A model generated the notes under the pieces. That model was not told the origin of the DNA and did no database searches. It saw only the letters and a list, made by a program, of their open reading frames with translations. Both the position numbers and the translations under genes were made by a program. 32,000 nucleotides of DNA from Trichormus sp. ATA11-4-KO1 (lineage in GTDB: Bacteria; Cyanobacteriota; Cyanobacteriia; Cyanobacteriales; Nostocaceae): positions 1 to 32,000 of the forward strand of contig JAHHIM010000043.1 in the NCBI GenBank assembly GCA_019358915.1, read 5' to 3'. Positions 1 through 8,660 of this stretch are shown here, one piece after another. The first letter of the stretch is position 1, and each line of letters begins with the position of its first letter.

Positions 1-129
1 GAGATTGTGACGGGGGCTTGAACGAGCGAATGAATCAATTCCAAAATTTTTCTTATTCTTCATTTTGTTCGCGGTAGCGTGCCTTGGGCTGCTATTTTGA
101 ATTTTGAATTTTGAATTTAAAAAAGGTCA
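1..129 (-). mobile_element. TTCAAAA-heptamer-flanked MITE-like element inserted at TGAC (runs off the window start)
   Basis: Minus strand reads TGAC|CTTTTTTAAATTCAAAATTCAAAATTCAAAAT, the same left end as the copies at 14712 and 20044. Reverse complement of 1-50 matches 14755-14803 (AATTGATT[C/A]ATTCGCTCGTTCAAGCCCCCG). Confidence 0.75.
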
Positions 130-1340
130 CAAACCGTAGTTTCCTGTGGTGACAAAGCCTTTCTCTGTTGTTCAGTTTTTTGCCAGCAAGGGTCTTTTGC
201 CACATCTGTACCTAATCTACTCAGAGTCACCAGAGATTCAAACGGGTATTTGGTAAGCATCAGCTGATTGAGAGTTTTCCCACTATCTTTGAATTCGCTG
301 ACTGGGAGTATACCTCCACCAAAAATTACCTGTGGCACTAATACCAAAATTGTGAGTAGGGGAGCGACACTTTGACTGGGTGCGATAAGCCTAACGGCAT
401 AGCTTCGCTTACCGCTGAAACCAGCAGTCCCAAGACCATACTACCAAATGATGCCACGAACAAGGTTGCGTACATCCCAGTTATCGCATTTCCAGGAATA
501 TTCACTGCACTGACCATACAGCCTAAGAGTACAGCTGATTGGTACAATGCCAGCAGAAATGACAAGTGGAATTTAGAAGCAAGATAGGGGAGCAGCCCTA
601 ATCCCGCACTTCTTTCTCTGCGATAAATTGCAGTTTCTTTCGCTATCTCTGGCATAGTGGCCAACGCCCCTGCCATGACTGCCATGATGACTGTGACAAA
701 CAGCATTGTGATTGCTTGGCTAGCACTACCAGTTTTGGTGTCTAACAAGTCAGATTTCCACAATAAAAAGTTAAATCCTCCCAGAATTGGCGCTCCCGCC
801 AGCATCAGTGCCAAACTCATTTTGTTTTTGAACAATATGGTTAAATTACGCCGACATAACACTCCCCACTGCTGCAACAAATCCGGTTGTAATGGCACTG
901 GTGGAACTTTGGTTTGGGGTATGGTTTTTTGGCGATCGCTCACAAATCTCTTATAAAACCCACTGCCCCGAAACTGTTCTTCCCACTGTGTTGGAGACAG
1001 TTGCCGTTCCACTTTGTTGTAGATGGCATCAAAATCTGGAACTTTAAAATAATCGAATGCCATCTTGGGTGGCCCGAAGTATGCCAGTCTGCCACCCTTA
1101 GCAAGAAACACCACAAAATCCGCGATTGCTACATTCTTGGTGGCATGGGTAATTAGTATAATCGTACTACCCTTGTTAGCTAAGTCTCTCAGCAATTCCA
1201 TGATTTGCAGTTCAGTGCCGGGGTCAAGTCCTACTGATTACCAGGTCATTCCCTAAGTCACTACCAATGGTAAATGGTAGCTGGTCTAGGGTAATTTGCT
1301 GAATAGGGTTAGTGTGAGCAGTCAGCTGTAGAGTAAGCAT
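117..1340 (-). pseudogene. FHA-domain ABC transporter (ATPase + ABC-2 permease fusion), disrupted
   Basis: ATG at 1340 gives MLTLQ...LPFTIGSDLGNDLVI (FHA-like start), then jumps out of frame to GLDPGTE (remnant of DEPTSGLDP), so Walker A, signature and Walker B are missing. H-loop IILITH and ABC-2 permease (EIAKETAIYRRER) follow. Frameshift at 387-412; 3' end cut by the element at 1-129. Confidence 0.85.
387..412. mobile_element. 26-nt SDR-like small element inserted in a HIP1 site
   Basis: GCGAT(382-386)+insert+CGC(413-415). Removing it restores GCGATCGC and joins ORFs 338..1201 and 117..347 in frame (SAIAPSQSVAPLLTILVLVP). Confidence 0.8.
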
Positions 1341-1535
1341 GGCTGTACATTTTTAAAATCGCCCTTCAGCAGATAATACAGCACTCAGCACTGAGTATGG
1401 TAAAAAAGCCGAACGAACCCCCGACAAAAAGTTAGAGTTGCCTGATTTTTAGCTAGAAAGGTTTAGCTTTTTGTCAGTTGTAAATATTTTGTACAAGTTA
1501 AATACTAAGCACATACTTCCTGATTTTAAACGGGT

Positions 1536-2135
1536 ATGCCAGCATATTCTTATGTAGATAGAGAAGACCTTTCTTCGGAGTATCAGTCAGCGCTGCCAAT
1601 GGGAATTAGGCGGCGAAATAGAGCGCTAGAAACCAGTACAGTAGCATTAATGGGATTAAATGGGACATTAATGCTTTTAGAAATGTCTTTGCATGGTTTA
1701 ATACTAGGAGGACTATTAATTTCAGCAGCCGCAATTGTTCTGTTTCAAGAACAAGTCACTAATTTTATCGCCAAGGCAGACAAGAAACAACGCAAGTATA
1801 AGGTAAATATTTATGCCATACTATTTTGTTTTCTGTCCTTTGCATTTGTACTAGATTTTTCAACAGCGCCAGCTAGCGCTCAATTCTTTCAGGCTGCTCA
1901 AAACTGGATTACAAGCACTGCTTTCGGTAGTGCGCTTAATCCCGATACAGCAGCTACAGTTGTAAACATTTTCAATATCCTGCGGGTATTGTTTTTGTTG
2001 TACATCGCAGTTTCGGTCGTCAATGTCATCCAAGCGGTGCGACGGGATGAGGATTGGGCCAGTGCATCTAGAACACCTTTAATTGTCCTGACAGGTGTGT
2101 TTGCCGCCGACTTCTTAACAACATTGATTATCTGA
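1536..2135 (+). CDS. MPF_C T4SS membrane protein, pilin/VirB2-like (Alr7204-like position)
   Basis: Several hydrophobic helices, signal-peptidase-like APASA/QFF site followed by two TM segments; first gene of the virB4 operon. Confidence 0.6.
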   Translation: MPAYSYVDREDLSSEYQSALPMGIRRRNRALETSTVALMGLNGTLMLLEMSLHGLILGGLLISAAAIVLFQEQVTNFIAKADKKQRKYKVNIYAILFCFLSFAFVLDFSTAPASAQFFQAAQNWITSTAFGSALNPDTAATVVNIFNILRVLFLLYIAVSVVNVIQAVRRDEDWASASRTPLIVLTGVFAADFLTTLII

Positions 2136-2146
2136 TGTTGTCAAAA

Positions 2147-2430
2147 GAAGCAGGGGAGCAACGCGAAAAAGTGAGATCATCGTGAAAAGAGCAGGGGAGG
2201 CAGGGGGAGCAGGGGAAGTGAAGAGAGAATTTGAGTACTTTTTACAAAGAAAGGCAGAGGGCAGAGGGCAGAAGCCCAGTTTAAAAAAAAGAATTGTATC
2301 GAGACGCGTAGCGCAAGATACAAAGCGTCCTTGCCTCAATCCCACGTTTTTAAACGTGGGTTCCCGAACGGATTGCTTATACACTTATTTCTTTCTCTCC
2401 CCCTGCCTCCCCTACTTCCCCTGCTGCTTC
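2147..2430. mobile_element. Composite MITE-like element with inverted GCAGGGG(G/A)-type arms and a nested GGCAGAG heptamer arm
   Basis: Left GAAGCAGGGGAGCA / GCAGGGGAGGCAGGGGGAGCAGGGG, right CCCCCTGCCTCCCCTACTTCCCCTGCTGCTTC. 2247-2271 is identical to 21741-21765. Hairpin CCCACGTTTTTAAACGTGGG at 2341-2360. Confidence 0.65.
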
Positions 2431-2480
2431 AACGATTATCCCTTTTCAAGCGTGCCATTCGTATAAGACCGCAGTTGTAT

Positions 2481-2795
2481 ATGCCGGAAAAAAAATTTCG
2501 TGTTGTCAATCAAACATTAGGCAGTCAACCGAAAATAGGCCCGTTCCCTGCCGACCAGATTCTGCCGTGGACTGTAATAGCAATAGCCAGCACACTTTTT
2601 TTCTACTACATCCTAAATATAGGATGGCTAGCAACTTTATTTACTACATTTTGGGGATGGGCAACGTGGTGGTTTGTATCAACGAACAAAAGCTTCCTGG
2701 GTAAATTTGTGGGTACGCCTCGAATCAGTAGAGGATATATGCCCTTTTCATCACTATTAAATCCTCCAAAAAATCAAATTAAAAAACGTAAATAA
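2481..2795 (+). CDS. MPF_C T4SS VirB3-like small membrane protein (Alr7205-like position)
   Basis: ATG at 2481 (upstream part of the track ORF is repeat-derived); 104 aa with two TM helices, immediately before virB4. Confidence 0.65.
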   Translation: MPEKKFRVVNQTLGSQPKIGPFPADQILPWTVIAIASTLFFYYILNIGWLATLFTTFWGWATWWFVSTNKSFLGKFVGTPRISRGYMPFSSLLNPPKNQIKKRK

Positions 2796-2805
2796 TATTA
2801 AGTCA

Positions 2806-5628
2806 ATGTCTAAAAAATCTCAAAATAAAACAGAAAGATTGGGAAAAACAACATTGACACTGACACCCTTTGAAGATGTTGTTCATCTATCGGGTATCTG
2901 CGAAATTGAATTAGCAGGGAGGCAAGGAGTAGGAGCATTAATTCTCAAGAAAAAAGAAACCATTCAAATTAAATTTGCTTTTGATTGCAATGGGATTCAC
3001 CCTAGTTTAGCAACAGAGCAGGTATTACCAATCTTTGAAGGAATAGAAGCTGGTTTAAAAGAATTGCCAGAACGGGAATTTTTGACAATTCACTTTGGTT
3101 CTTTTACTAATGATTACCAAAGACAAAAAGAATTAAACCAAATTGAAAATGAATGTAAAATCGAACAAATGAAGCTGCTTTTACGCAGTGAGCGATTACG
3201 AGTAAGAGGACTAACAAAGTTGGGGGTTCGCAAAAATAAATTCTTGAGACTTTGGTGTACATACACAGTCAATGATGAAGAAAAAATCGAAGATTTTGCT
3301 GAAGTAGGACTGAAGAAAATACAAACCATTTGGCATCAGTTTACAGGAGAAATTCATCAATTAAACAAAGACCGCATCGAAAATATTTTACGTACCTCAT
3401 TCCTGGACGGATTCCAATCTTGGGAGCAGATAATTTCCAATAAAATGGGATTAATTGTAACGCCTCTAAGCGCTTCAGAAATTTGGGGGACAATGTGGGC
3501 AATGTTAAACACAAAAGAGCCGACAGAAATTCCAAATCCCCTAATCCTAAACAAAAAGGGATTGACAGAAAATCAAACGAGTGATTTTCATATTAGACAT
3601 CATCTTCTAGAAAACGAAAAGTCTGTCCCTGTTTTTGATAGAAAGTGGGTGAAGCTGCAAGACAAATATATAGGAGCGCTAAATTTTAGTCACAAACCAG
3701 GGGGGTGGGTAGATGAATATTCACAACTGCGATACCTGTGGGAGGTAATATCTAAAGAGAAGATTTTTGACACAGAGATTTTTTGTCAAATCAGCAAAGC
3801 CAACCAAGCGATCGCCAAGACAAATTTGCAGCGTTTAACTAAGCAGTCGATTACCTCAACTACCATGTCCAGTGACAAAGGTAATATCGACGTAAAAGCC
3901 GGACTGAACATTGAAGAATCAGTAGAAGCTCAACGTACTCTATACAAAGGTAGTACCGTAATTCATACGGCAGTGGTTTTTTTAGTCCACCGAGCTTCTT
4001 TGCAGAAGCTGGATGATGATTGTCGATATTTAGCCAGTTGTTTTCTCAGACCGGCAGTAGTTAGCCGAGAGGTGGAATATGCCTGGAAATTATGGCTGCA
4101 ATGCTGCCCATTCGTATGGGAGCCATTACTGACAAAACCATTCAACCGCCGACTACCCTATTTTAGTAGTGAAGCGCCAGGGCTAATACCACTAATTAGA
4201 ACATCCACAGGGGATAAATCAGGTTTTGAATTAATAGCGGAGGAGGGAGGAACGCCAGTACACCTGGATTTATACAAAAACCATAAAAACCTGGCAGTAT
4301 TTGGTACAACTCGTTCTGGTAAATCAGTGTTAGCTGCGGGTATTTTGACCCCAGCTTTAGCGCAAGGGATTCCGGTAATAGCCTTGGATTACCCCAAACC
4401 TGATGGTACGTCTACTTTCACGGATTACACCAAGTTATTGGGTAATGATGGAGCGTATTTTGACATTGCTAGAGAATCAAATAATTTGTTTGAGCTTCCA
4501 GACTTGCGCTTGATGAGTGAAGAAATTATTAAAGAGCGGATGTCTGATTTCAAGGATTTCCTGAAGTCCGTGCTAATGACAATGATTATTGGCATGAACT
4601 CAATTGGTGTGAGTCCAACAATCATCTCGATAATTGAGTCGATTATCGCTTTGGCATTGCAGACATTCTTTAGCGACGACCAAATAAAACTACGATATCA
4701 AGCAGCCCTCAAGGCAGGAATAGGGACACGAGAATGGCTAGATACCCCAACTTTAAAAGACTTTTGTAAATACTGCACGCCTGGATATATTAATCTCGAT
4801 TCTCTATCTAACAGTAGCAAAGAAGTAACTGAAGCGTTAGGACAAATTCAAATAAGATTGAAATATTGGCTAGGTAGCAAAGTAGGACAGTCAATTTCTC
4901 AACCTTCCAGTTTCCGCACAGATGCCAAATTATTAGTATTTGCTCTCCGAAATTTAGCCAGTGAATCTGATGCGGCAATAGTAGCGTTAAGTGCTTACGC
5001 CGCAGCTTTACGAAGGGCCTTATCTTCTAAAGCCAGTATATTCTTTCTAGATGAAGCTCCGATTTTATTTGAATTTGATGCCATAGCTGATTTGATTGGG
5101 CGACTATGTGCAAATGGTGCGAAAGCGGGGATTCGTGTCATTTTATCGGCACAAGAGCCGGAAAGTATTTTTCAAAGTAAAGCAGCTGCGAAAATTTTCG
5201 CCAATCTTAGTACGCGTTTAGTAGGTAGAATTCAATCTTCAGCAATTGATCCATTTGTACAAAGATTCAAGTACCCTTACGAAATTATCAGTCGTAACAG
5301 TACAGAGTCATTTTATCCCAAGAAAGAGGGTATCTACTCAAGTTGGTTATTAGATGATAATGGCAAACTTACCTTCTGTCGTTATTATCCAGCATATTGT
5401 TTATTAGCAGCAGTTGCTAATAATCCCAATGAGCAAGAATTAAGGTCTTTGTTCCTCGCCAAATATCAACACAACCCTATTCTCGGATTTTATAAATTCA
5501 GCGAGGAATATATCAAACTGATTCGAGATGAGGAGCTATCAGAGGAAGCTAAACAATTGTTAACAGGAAACTTATTGAAGAATTCAGGAGCCAGAAATCA
5601 GGAGTCAGAATCAATGAGTCTGGTCTGA
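2806..5628 (+). CDS. virB4: VirB4-family T4SS ATPase
   Basis: 940 aa; Walker A GTTRSGKS, Walker B FFLDEA, VILSAQ motif; operon context. Confidence 0.9.
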   Translation: MSKKSQNKTERLGKTTLTLTPFEDVVHLSGICEIELAGRQGVGALILKKKETIQIKFAFDCNGIHPSLATEQVLPIFEGIEAGLKELPEREFLTIHFGSFTNDYQRQKELNQIENECKIEQMKLLLRSERLRVRGLTKLGVRKNKFLRLWCTYTVNDEEKIEDFAEVGLKKIQTIWHQFTGEIHQLNKDRIENILRTSFLDGFQSWEQIISNKMGLIVTPLSASEIWGTMWAMLNTKEPTEIPNPLILNKKGLTENQTSDFHIRHHLLENEKSVPVFDRKWVKLQDKYIGALNFSHKPGGWVDEYSQLRYLWEVISKEKIFDTEIFCQISKANQAIAKTNLQRLTKQSITSTTMSSDKGNIDVKAGLNIEESVEAQRTLYKGSTVIHTAVVFLVHRASLQKLDDDCRYLASCFLRPAVVSREVEYAWKLWLQCCPFVWEPLLTKPFNRRLPYFSSEAPGLIPLIRTSTGDKSGFELIAEEGGTPVHLDLYKNHKNLAVFGTTRSGKSVLAAGILTPALAQGIPVIALDYPKPDGTSTFTDYTKLLGNDGAYFDIARESNNLFELPDLRLMSEEIIKERMSDFKDFLKSVLMTMIIGMNSIGVSPTIISIIESIIALALQTFFSDDQIKLRYQAALKAGIGTREWLDTPTLKDFCKYCTPGYINLDSLSNSSKEVTEALGQIQIRLKYWLGSKVGQSISQPSSFRTDAKLLVFALRNLASESDAAIVALSAYAAALRRALSSKASIFFLDEAPILFEFDAIADLIGRLCANGAKAGIRVILSAQEPESIFQSKAAAKIFANLSTRLVGRIQSSAIDPFVQRFKYPYEIISRNSTESFYPKKEGIYSSWLLDDNGKLTFCRYYPAYCLLAAVANNPNEQELRSLFLAKYQHNPILGFYKFSEEYIKLIRDEELSEEAKQLLTGNLLKNSGARNQESESMSLV

Positions 5629-5749
5629 ATCCCCGACTCATTGTAGACCAGCAAAATTTTAATTTAGTGAGGGTCTTATACCCATTTATTCGTCCGCCAG
5701 TCACATAGAATTAAATTCTGAATTCTGACTCCTGAGTTCTGAATTCTTC
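5577..5749. mobile_element. AGGAGTC/TTCTGAC heptamer-flanked MITE-like element overlapping the virB4 3' end
   Basis: Inverted arms GAAGAATTCAGGAGCCAGAA ... TTCTGACTCCTGAGTTCTGAATTCTTC; core homologous (reverse complement) to 18325-18487. Confidence 0.75.
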
Positions 5750-5771
5750 TTGTAAAAATCGCTTAATTATC

Positions 5772-6488
5772 ATGCAACTCAAACCCCAAAAATTTATCAT
5801 CCCTATTTCTATTGTGCTGACAGGGATATTGATTTCTACTCCCAGTCACGCATTAAGCTTGCCAATTCTTAATTTTGTTCAGTCGATTATTGATGATGTG
5901 AGGAATGAGTATAGGCAGTTAGAGCAGCAAGTACAGCAAAAAATTGATAGTTCCTGGGCAGACATCAAGAATGATGCCCGTGAAGCTATTCAAAGTTCAA
6001 TGGGTTCAATGGGAACACCAGACCCAGTATCCAGTGGTGAAGACTTGAAACAAAGACTGAGAAATAGTCGTTCACTGCCAGAAGCCAAAAATCTGGCTCA
6101 AGATTTAGAACGAGATTTAACTCGAGCTTCTGTCTCATCTGTTGTGGGAGTAGAGGGACAACAAGATACGGAAAGAAAAATTCAGGCGACTACTCAAATA
6201 GCTCAAGAAGCTCAAAGTTTGGCACAGCAAGCACAAAACATGGATGCCTCCCAAAATATCTTGAAAGTCATCGCGGCTCAAAATGCTCAAATGGTTTCGG
6301 CGATCACTCGTCTTCACGCTGATTCTTTAGCTTCTCGACAAGATACAGCCCAATCAAATTTGATGCTGGCACAGATTGCCGACAATTTAGCCAGCACCCG
6401 TGAAAAAGAGAATTTACGAATTACAGGGCAGGCTACTTTAACTCAAGAATTAGTATTTATGTCCGTTTTAGATCCAGCAAGAAACTAA
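5772..6488 (+). CDS. MPF_C T4SS secreted coiled-coil protein (VirB5/TrbJ-like position)
   Basis: Signal peptide ending TPSHA; Gln/Ala-rich helical body; follows virB4. Confidence 0.6.
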   Translation: MQLKPQKFIIPISIVLTGILISTPSHALSLPILNFVQSIIDDVRNEYRQLEQQVQQKIDSSWADIKNDAREAIQSSMGSMGTPDPVSSGEDLKQRLRNSRSLPEAKNLAQDLERDLTRASVSSVVGVEGQQDTERKIQATTQIAQEAQSLAQQAQNMDASQNILKVIAAQNAQMVSAITRLHADSLASRQDTAQSNLMLAQIADNLASTREKENLRITGQATLTQELVFMSVLDPARN

Positions 6489-6491
6489 TAT

Positions 6492-7610
6492 ATGTTGCCA
6501 TTAATCCATTTGTTAGCTCAAACTCCTCCACCTGATAATGTCGCCCAGAGAGCCGCCCAAGTTTCTCAGGCAGTTTCTCAAGGTTTTGATGAGTTGTGGC
6601 AAGAGGTGCTGGGAGGCCCACTTTATTCTGCGATGTGTACAGTTGGTACATTATTTGCAATAACAACACTGGGGTTTTACATTCTGGAATGGACAAAACA
6701 AGTTTTAAACAATGAAGAACAACGAGCTTTTAGTTCTTTTATCTGGCCCTTAATTATTTCGGCACTGCTGTTTAACAATGGACAACTTTTGGGAAGAACG
6801 ACTGTTGGAATCAAAGACTATATAAATAATGTAAACAATTATGTGCTAACAAGAACAGCTGTAGGAGTTGACCTAAGAGCGGCTTATACCAGGGCTTTAG
6901 GTGTGACAGCAGTACGAAGTGCTATCGGCAGAGAAATTGAGATGTGTCAGTCATCTTCGTTGAGTCCCCAAGATGGCATTGATTGCTTGCAAGAAGCAAG
7001 AGGACGGCTCATGTCTCAGTATCCTAGCTACTTTGGTGCAACTGGCCCTTTTGCGTGGTTAATTGACCGCATAGATACTGTGATATCTGCGCCTATTCAA
7101 GCTATAAGAGGCGGCGCTAATCCTATTCAAGTTCTACTTTCTCCGTTTAGTGGGTACGTTGGCTCAGTTGTGTCGGAGAATATCACCAATATATTGGTAG
7201 GTCTAAGCGGAGCATATCAATGGGGCATAGAATTAACTATGCTTCTGAGCGCTTATCTTGGCCCTTTGGCTGTAGGTGGTTCATTACTACCCTATGGTTC
7301 ACGTTCAATTTTTGCATGGCTCACAGGATATTTTTCTGTCGGCATGGCAAAACTAGGTTTCAGCATTATCACAGGTTTTGCTGCCGAATTAATTGCTAAT
7401 TCTCGTTCAGATCAACCGCTATTTTTCTTATTCACAATTGGAATTATTGCGCCTTTTTTAGCCACAGGATTGGCGGCGGGTGGTGGACTAGCATTGCTTA
7501 ATCAAATTAATAAAGCCGCAGATGAAGCTAAGAATTTAGCCAAAGATGTTGCTGTCACTGTGTCCACTGGTGGTGGTGGTGGTGTGGCCAGAATGATTCG
7601 TCCTAGATAA
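6492..7610 (+). CDS. VirB6/TrbL-like polytopic T4SS membrane protein
   Basis: About six TM helices, periplasmic loop with a Cys pair, GPLAVGGSLLP, Gly-rich C-terminus. Confidence 0.7.
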   Translation: MLPLIHLLAQTPPPDNVAQRAAQVSQAVSQGFDELWQEVLGGPLYSAMCTVGTLFAITTLGFYILEWTKQVLNNEEQRAFSSFIWPLIISALLFNNGQLLGRTTVGIKDYINNVNNYVLTRTAVGVDLRAAYTRALGVTAVRSAIGREIEMCQSSSLSPQDGIDCLQEARGRLMSQYPSYFGATGPFAWLIDRIDTVISAPIQAIRGGANPIQVLLSPFSGYVGSVVSENITNILVGLSGAYQWGIELTMLLSAYLGPLAVGGSLLPYGSRSIFAWLTGYFSVGMAKLGFSIITGFAAELIANSRSDQPLFFLFTIGIIAPFLATGLAAGGGLALLNQINKAADEAKNLAKDVAVTVSTGGGGGVARMIRPR

Positions 7611-7830
7611 TGAATCAATTCAAAATTCAAAATTCAAAATTAAAAATTAAAAATAAAGCAAGTGGCGTTGGGGTTTCTACCTACCTTGGAAAACAAGGAT
7701 TTTTTTGCTCACAATTCCACTCGGTTTTGAACCTAACTTTTTTTTCATAAAATCAACTATGTAAAGAAAAATGAATCAGCTTAAAACCCTCTTCCCTCCT
7801 GCCTTCTGCCTTCTGCCTTCTGCCTTATCC
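7610..7830. repeat. Composite intergenic heptamer repeats (TTCAAAA array and CTGCCTT array)
   Basis: TTCAAAA tandem near 7617-7655, (CTGCCTT)n near 7799-7826; CACAATTCCACTCGGTTTT at 7710-7728 recurs exactly at 21146-21164. Confidence 0.7.
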
Positions 7831-7869
7831 TAGCGATAAATTTTCCCACCCACCTACTTACATATAATT

Positions 7870-8658
7870 ATGCTCAAAATTAAACAAACAAACAAAGAGC
7901 CAAGTTTACTGTTGAGTTATGGAGCGGCAGTTCCAACTAGAGTAGCAATTGTAGCAGTAGTGGGATGTTCTGTAGCTTGTATTTCTTTGATTGTCCAATT
8001 TCTGAATTATGGGGCAATTAGCAGATTAGCTAAAAATAAAGTACCTTCATTGATTCAATTGTCAAATGGAGAAACTATCTATGCAAAAGCGGTAGACCCA
8101 GCAGAGCGCTCAAGTGAAACTATTAAGCAGTTTGTCTCTGATGCCTTTGTTGGAATGTTCAATTGGGATGGATTAGTTCAGACAAATAATGAGCAAGGTA
8201 AGCTGGTAATCAAAACAGATCCTGGGGTAGAAATCAAGGGAATAGATAACAATGCCTCTCGAAAAGTGACGACGAAAGCTTATGAAGCTGCTTTCTCTCT
8301 GACAGACAAACAAGGCTTCCGTTCGGCTTTTCTCAGGCGACTGGCACAAATGACCGACCCGGAAATATTTAGCGGAAATATTCGGGTAGCTATTGTCCCC
8401 AACTATATTTCAAATCCTCGCAAAATTAGCGAAGGAAAGTGGCAGATTGATTACCAATCTACTTTAGTGACCTTCAAGAAATTAGATAATGCTGGTGACG
8501 CTATTCCTTTTAATAAAACAATAACAGTTGAATCAGTTACCACCCCGCAAAACCCTCCAGAAGATACTACAGAATTAGCTAAGAAAATATATAGAATTCG
8601 GCAACCGGGACTAGAAATAACTCAAATTACTGATTTAAACCTTGGGAAAAATAATTGA
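7870..8658 (+). CDS. VirB8-like bitopic T4SS protein
   Basis: Single N-terminal TM then alpha/beta periplasmic domain; sits between VirB6-like and VirB10-like genes. Confidence 0.6.
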   Translation: MLKIKQTNKEPSLLLSYGAAVPTRVAIVAVVGCSVACISLIVQFLNYGAISRLAKNKVPSLIQLSNGETIYAKAVDPAERSSETIKQFVSDAFVGMFNWDGLVQTNNEQGKLVIKTDPGVEIKGIDNNASRKVTTKAYEAAFSLTDKQGFRSAFLRRLAQMTDPEIFSGNIRVAIVPNYISNPRKISEGKWQIDYQSTLVTFKKLDNAGDAIPFNKTITVESVTTPQNPPEDTTELAKKIYRIRQPGLEITQITDLNLGKNN

Positions 8659-8660
8659 TT

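Noticed and set aside
1478..1496. TTGTA-N9-TACAA palindrome upstream of the T4SS operon as an NtcA box
   Set aside because: Spacing is GTA-N9-TAC, not the GTA-N8-TAC consensus; may be another operator but cannot be supported.
2115..2480. Track ORFs 2115..2384, 2182..2466 and the 5' extension of 2331..2795
   Set aside because: They translate repeat-element arms (KAEGRGQ, LPLPPLLP) and are not credible genes.
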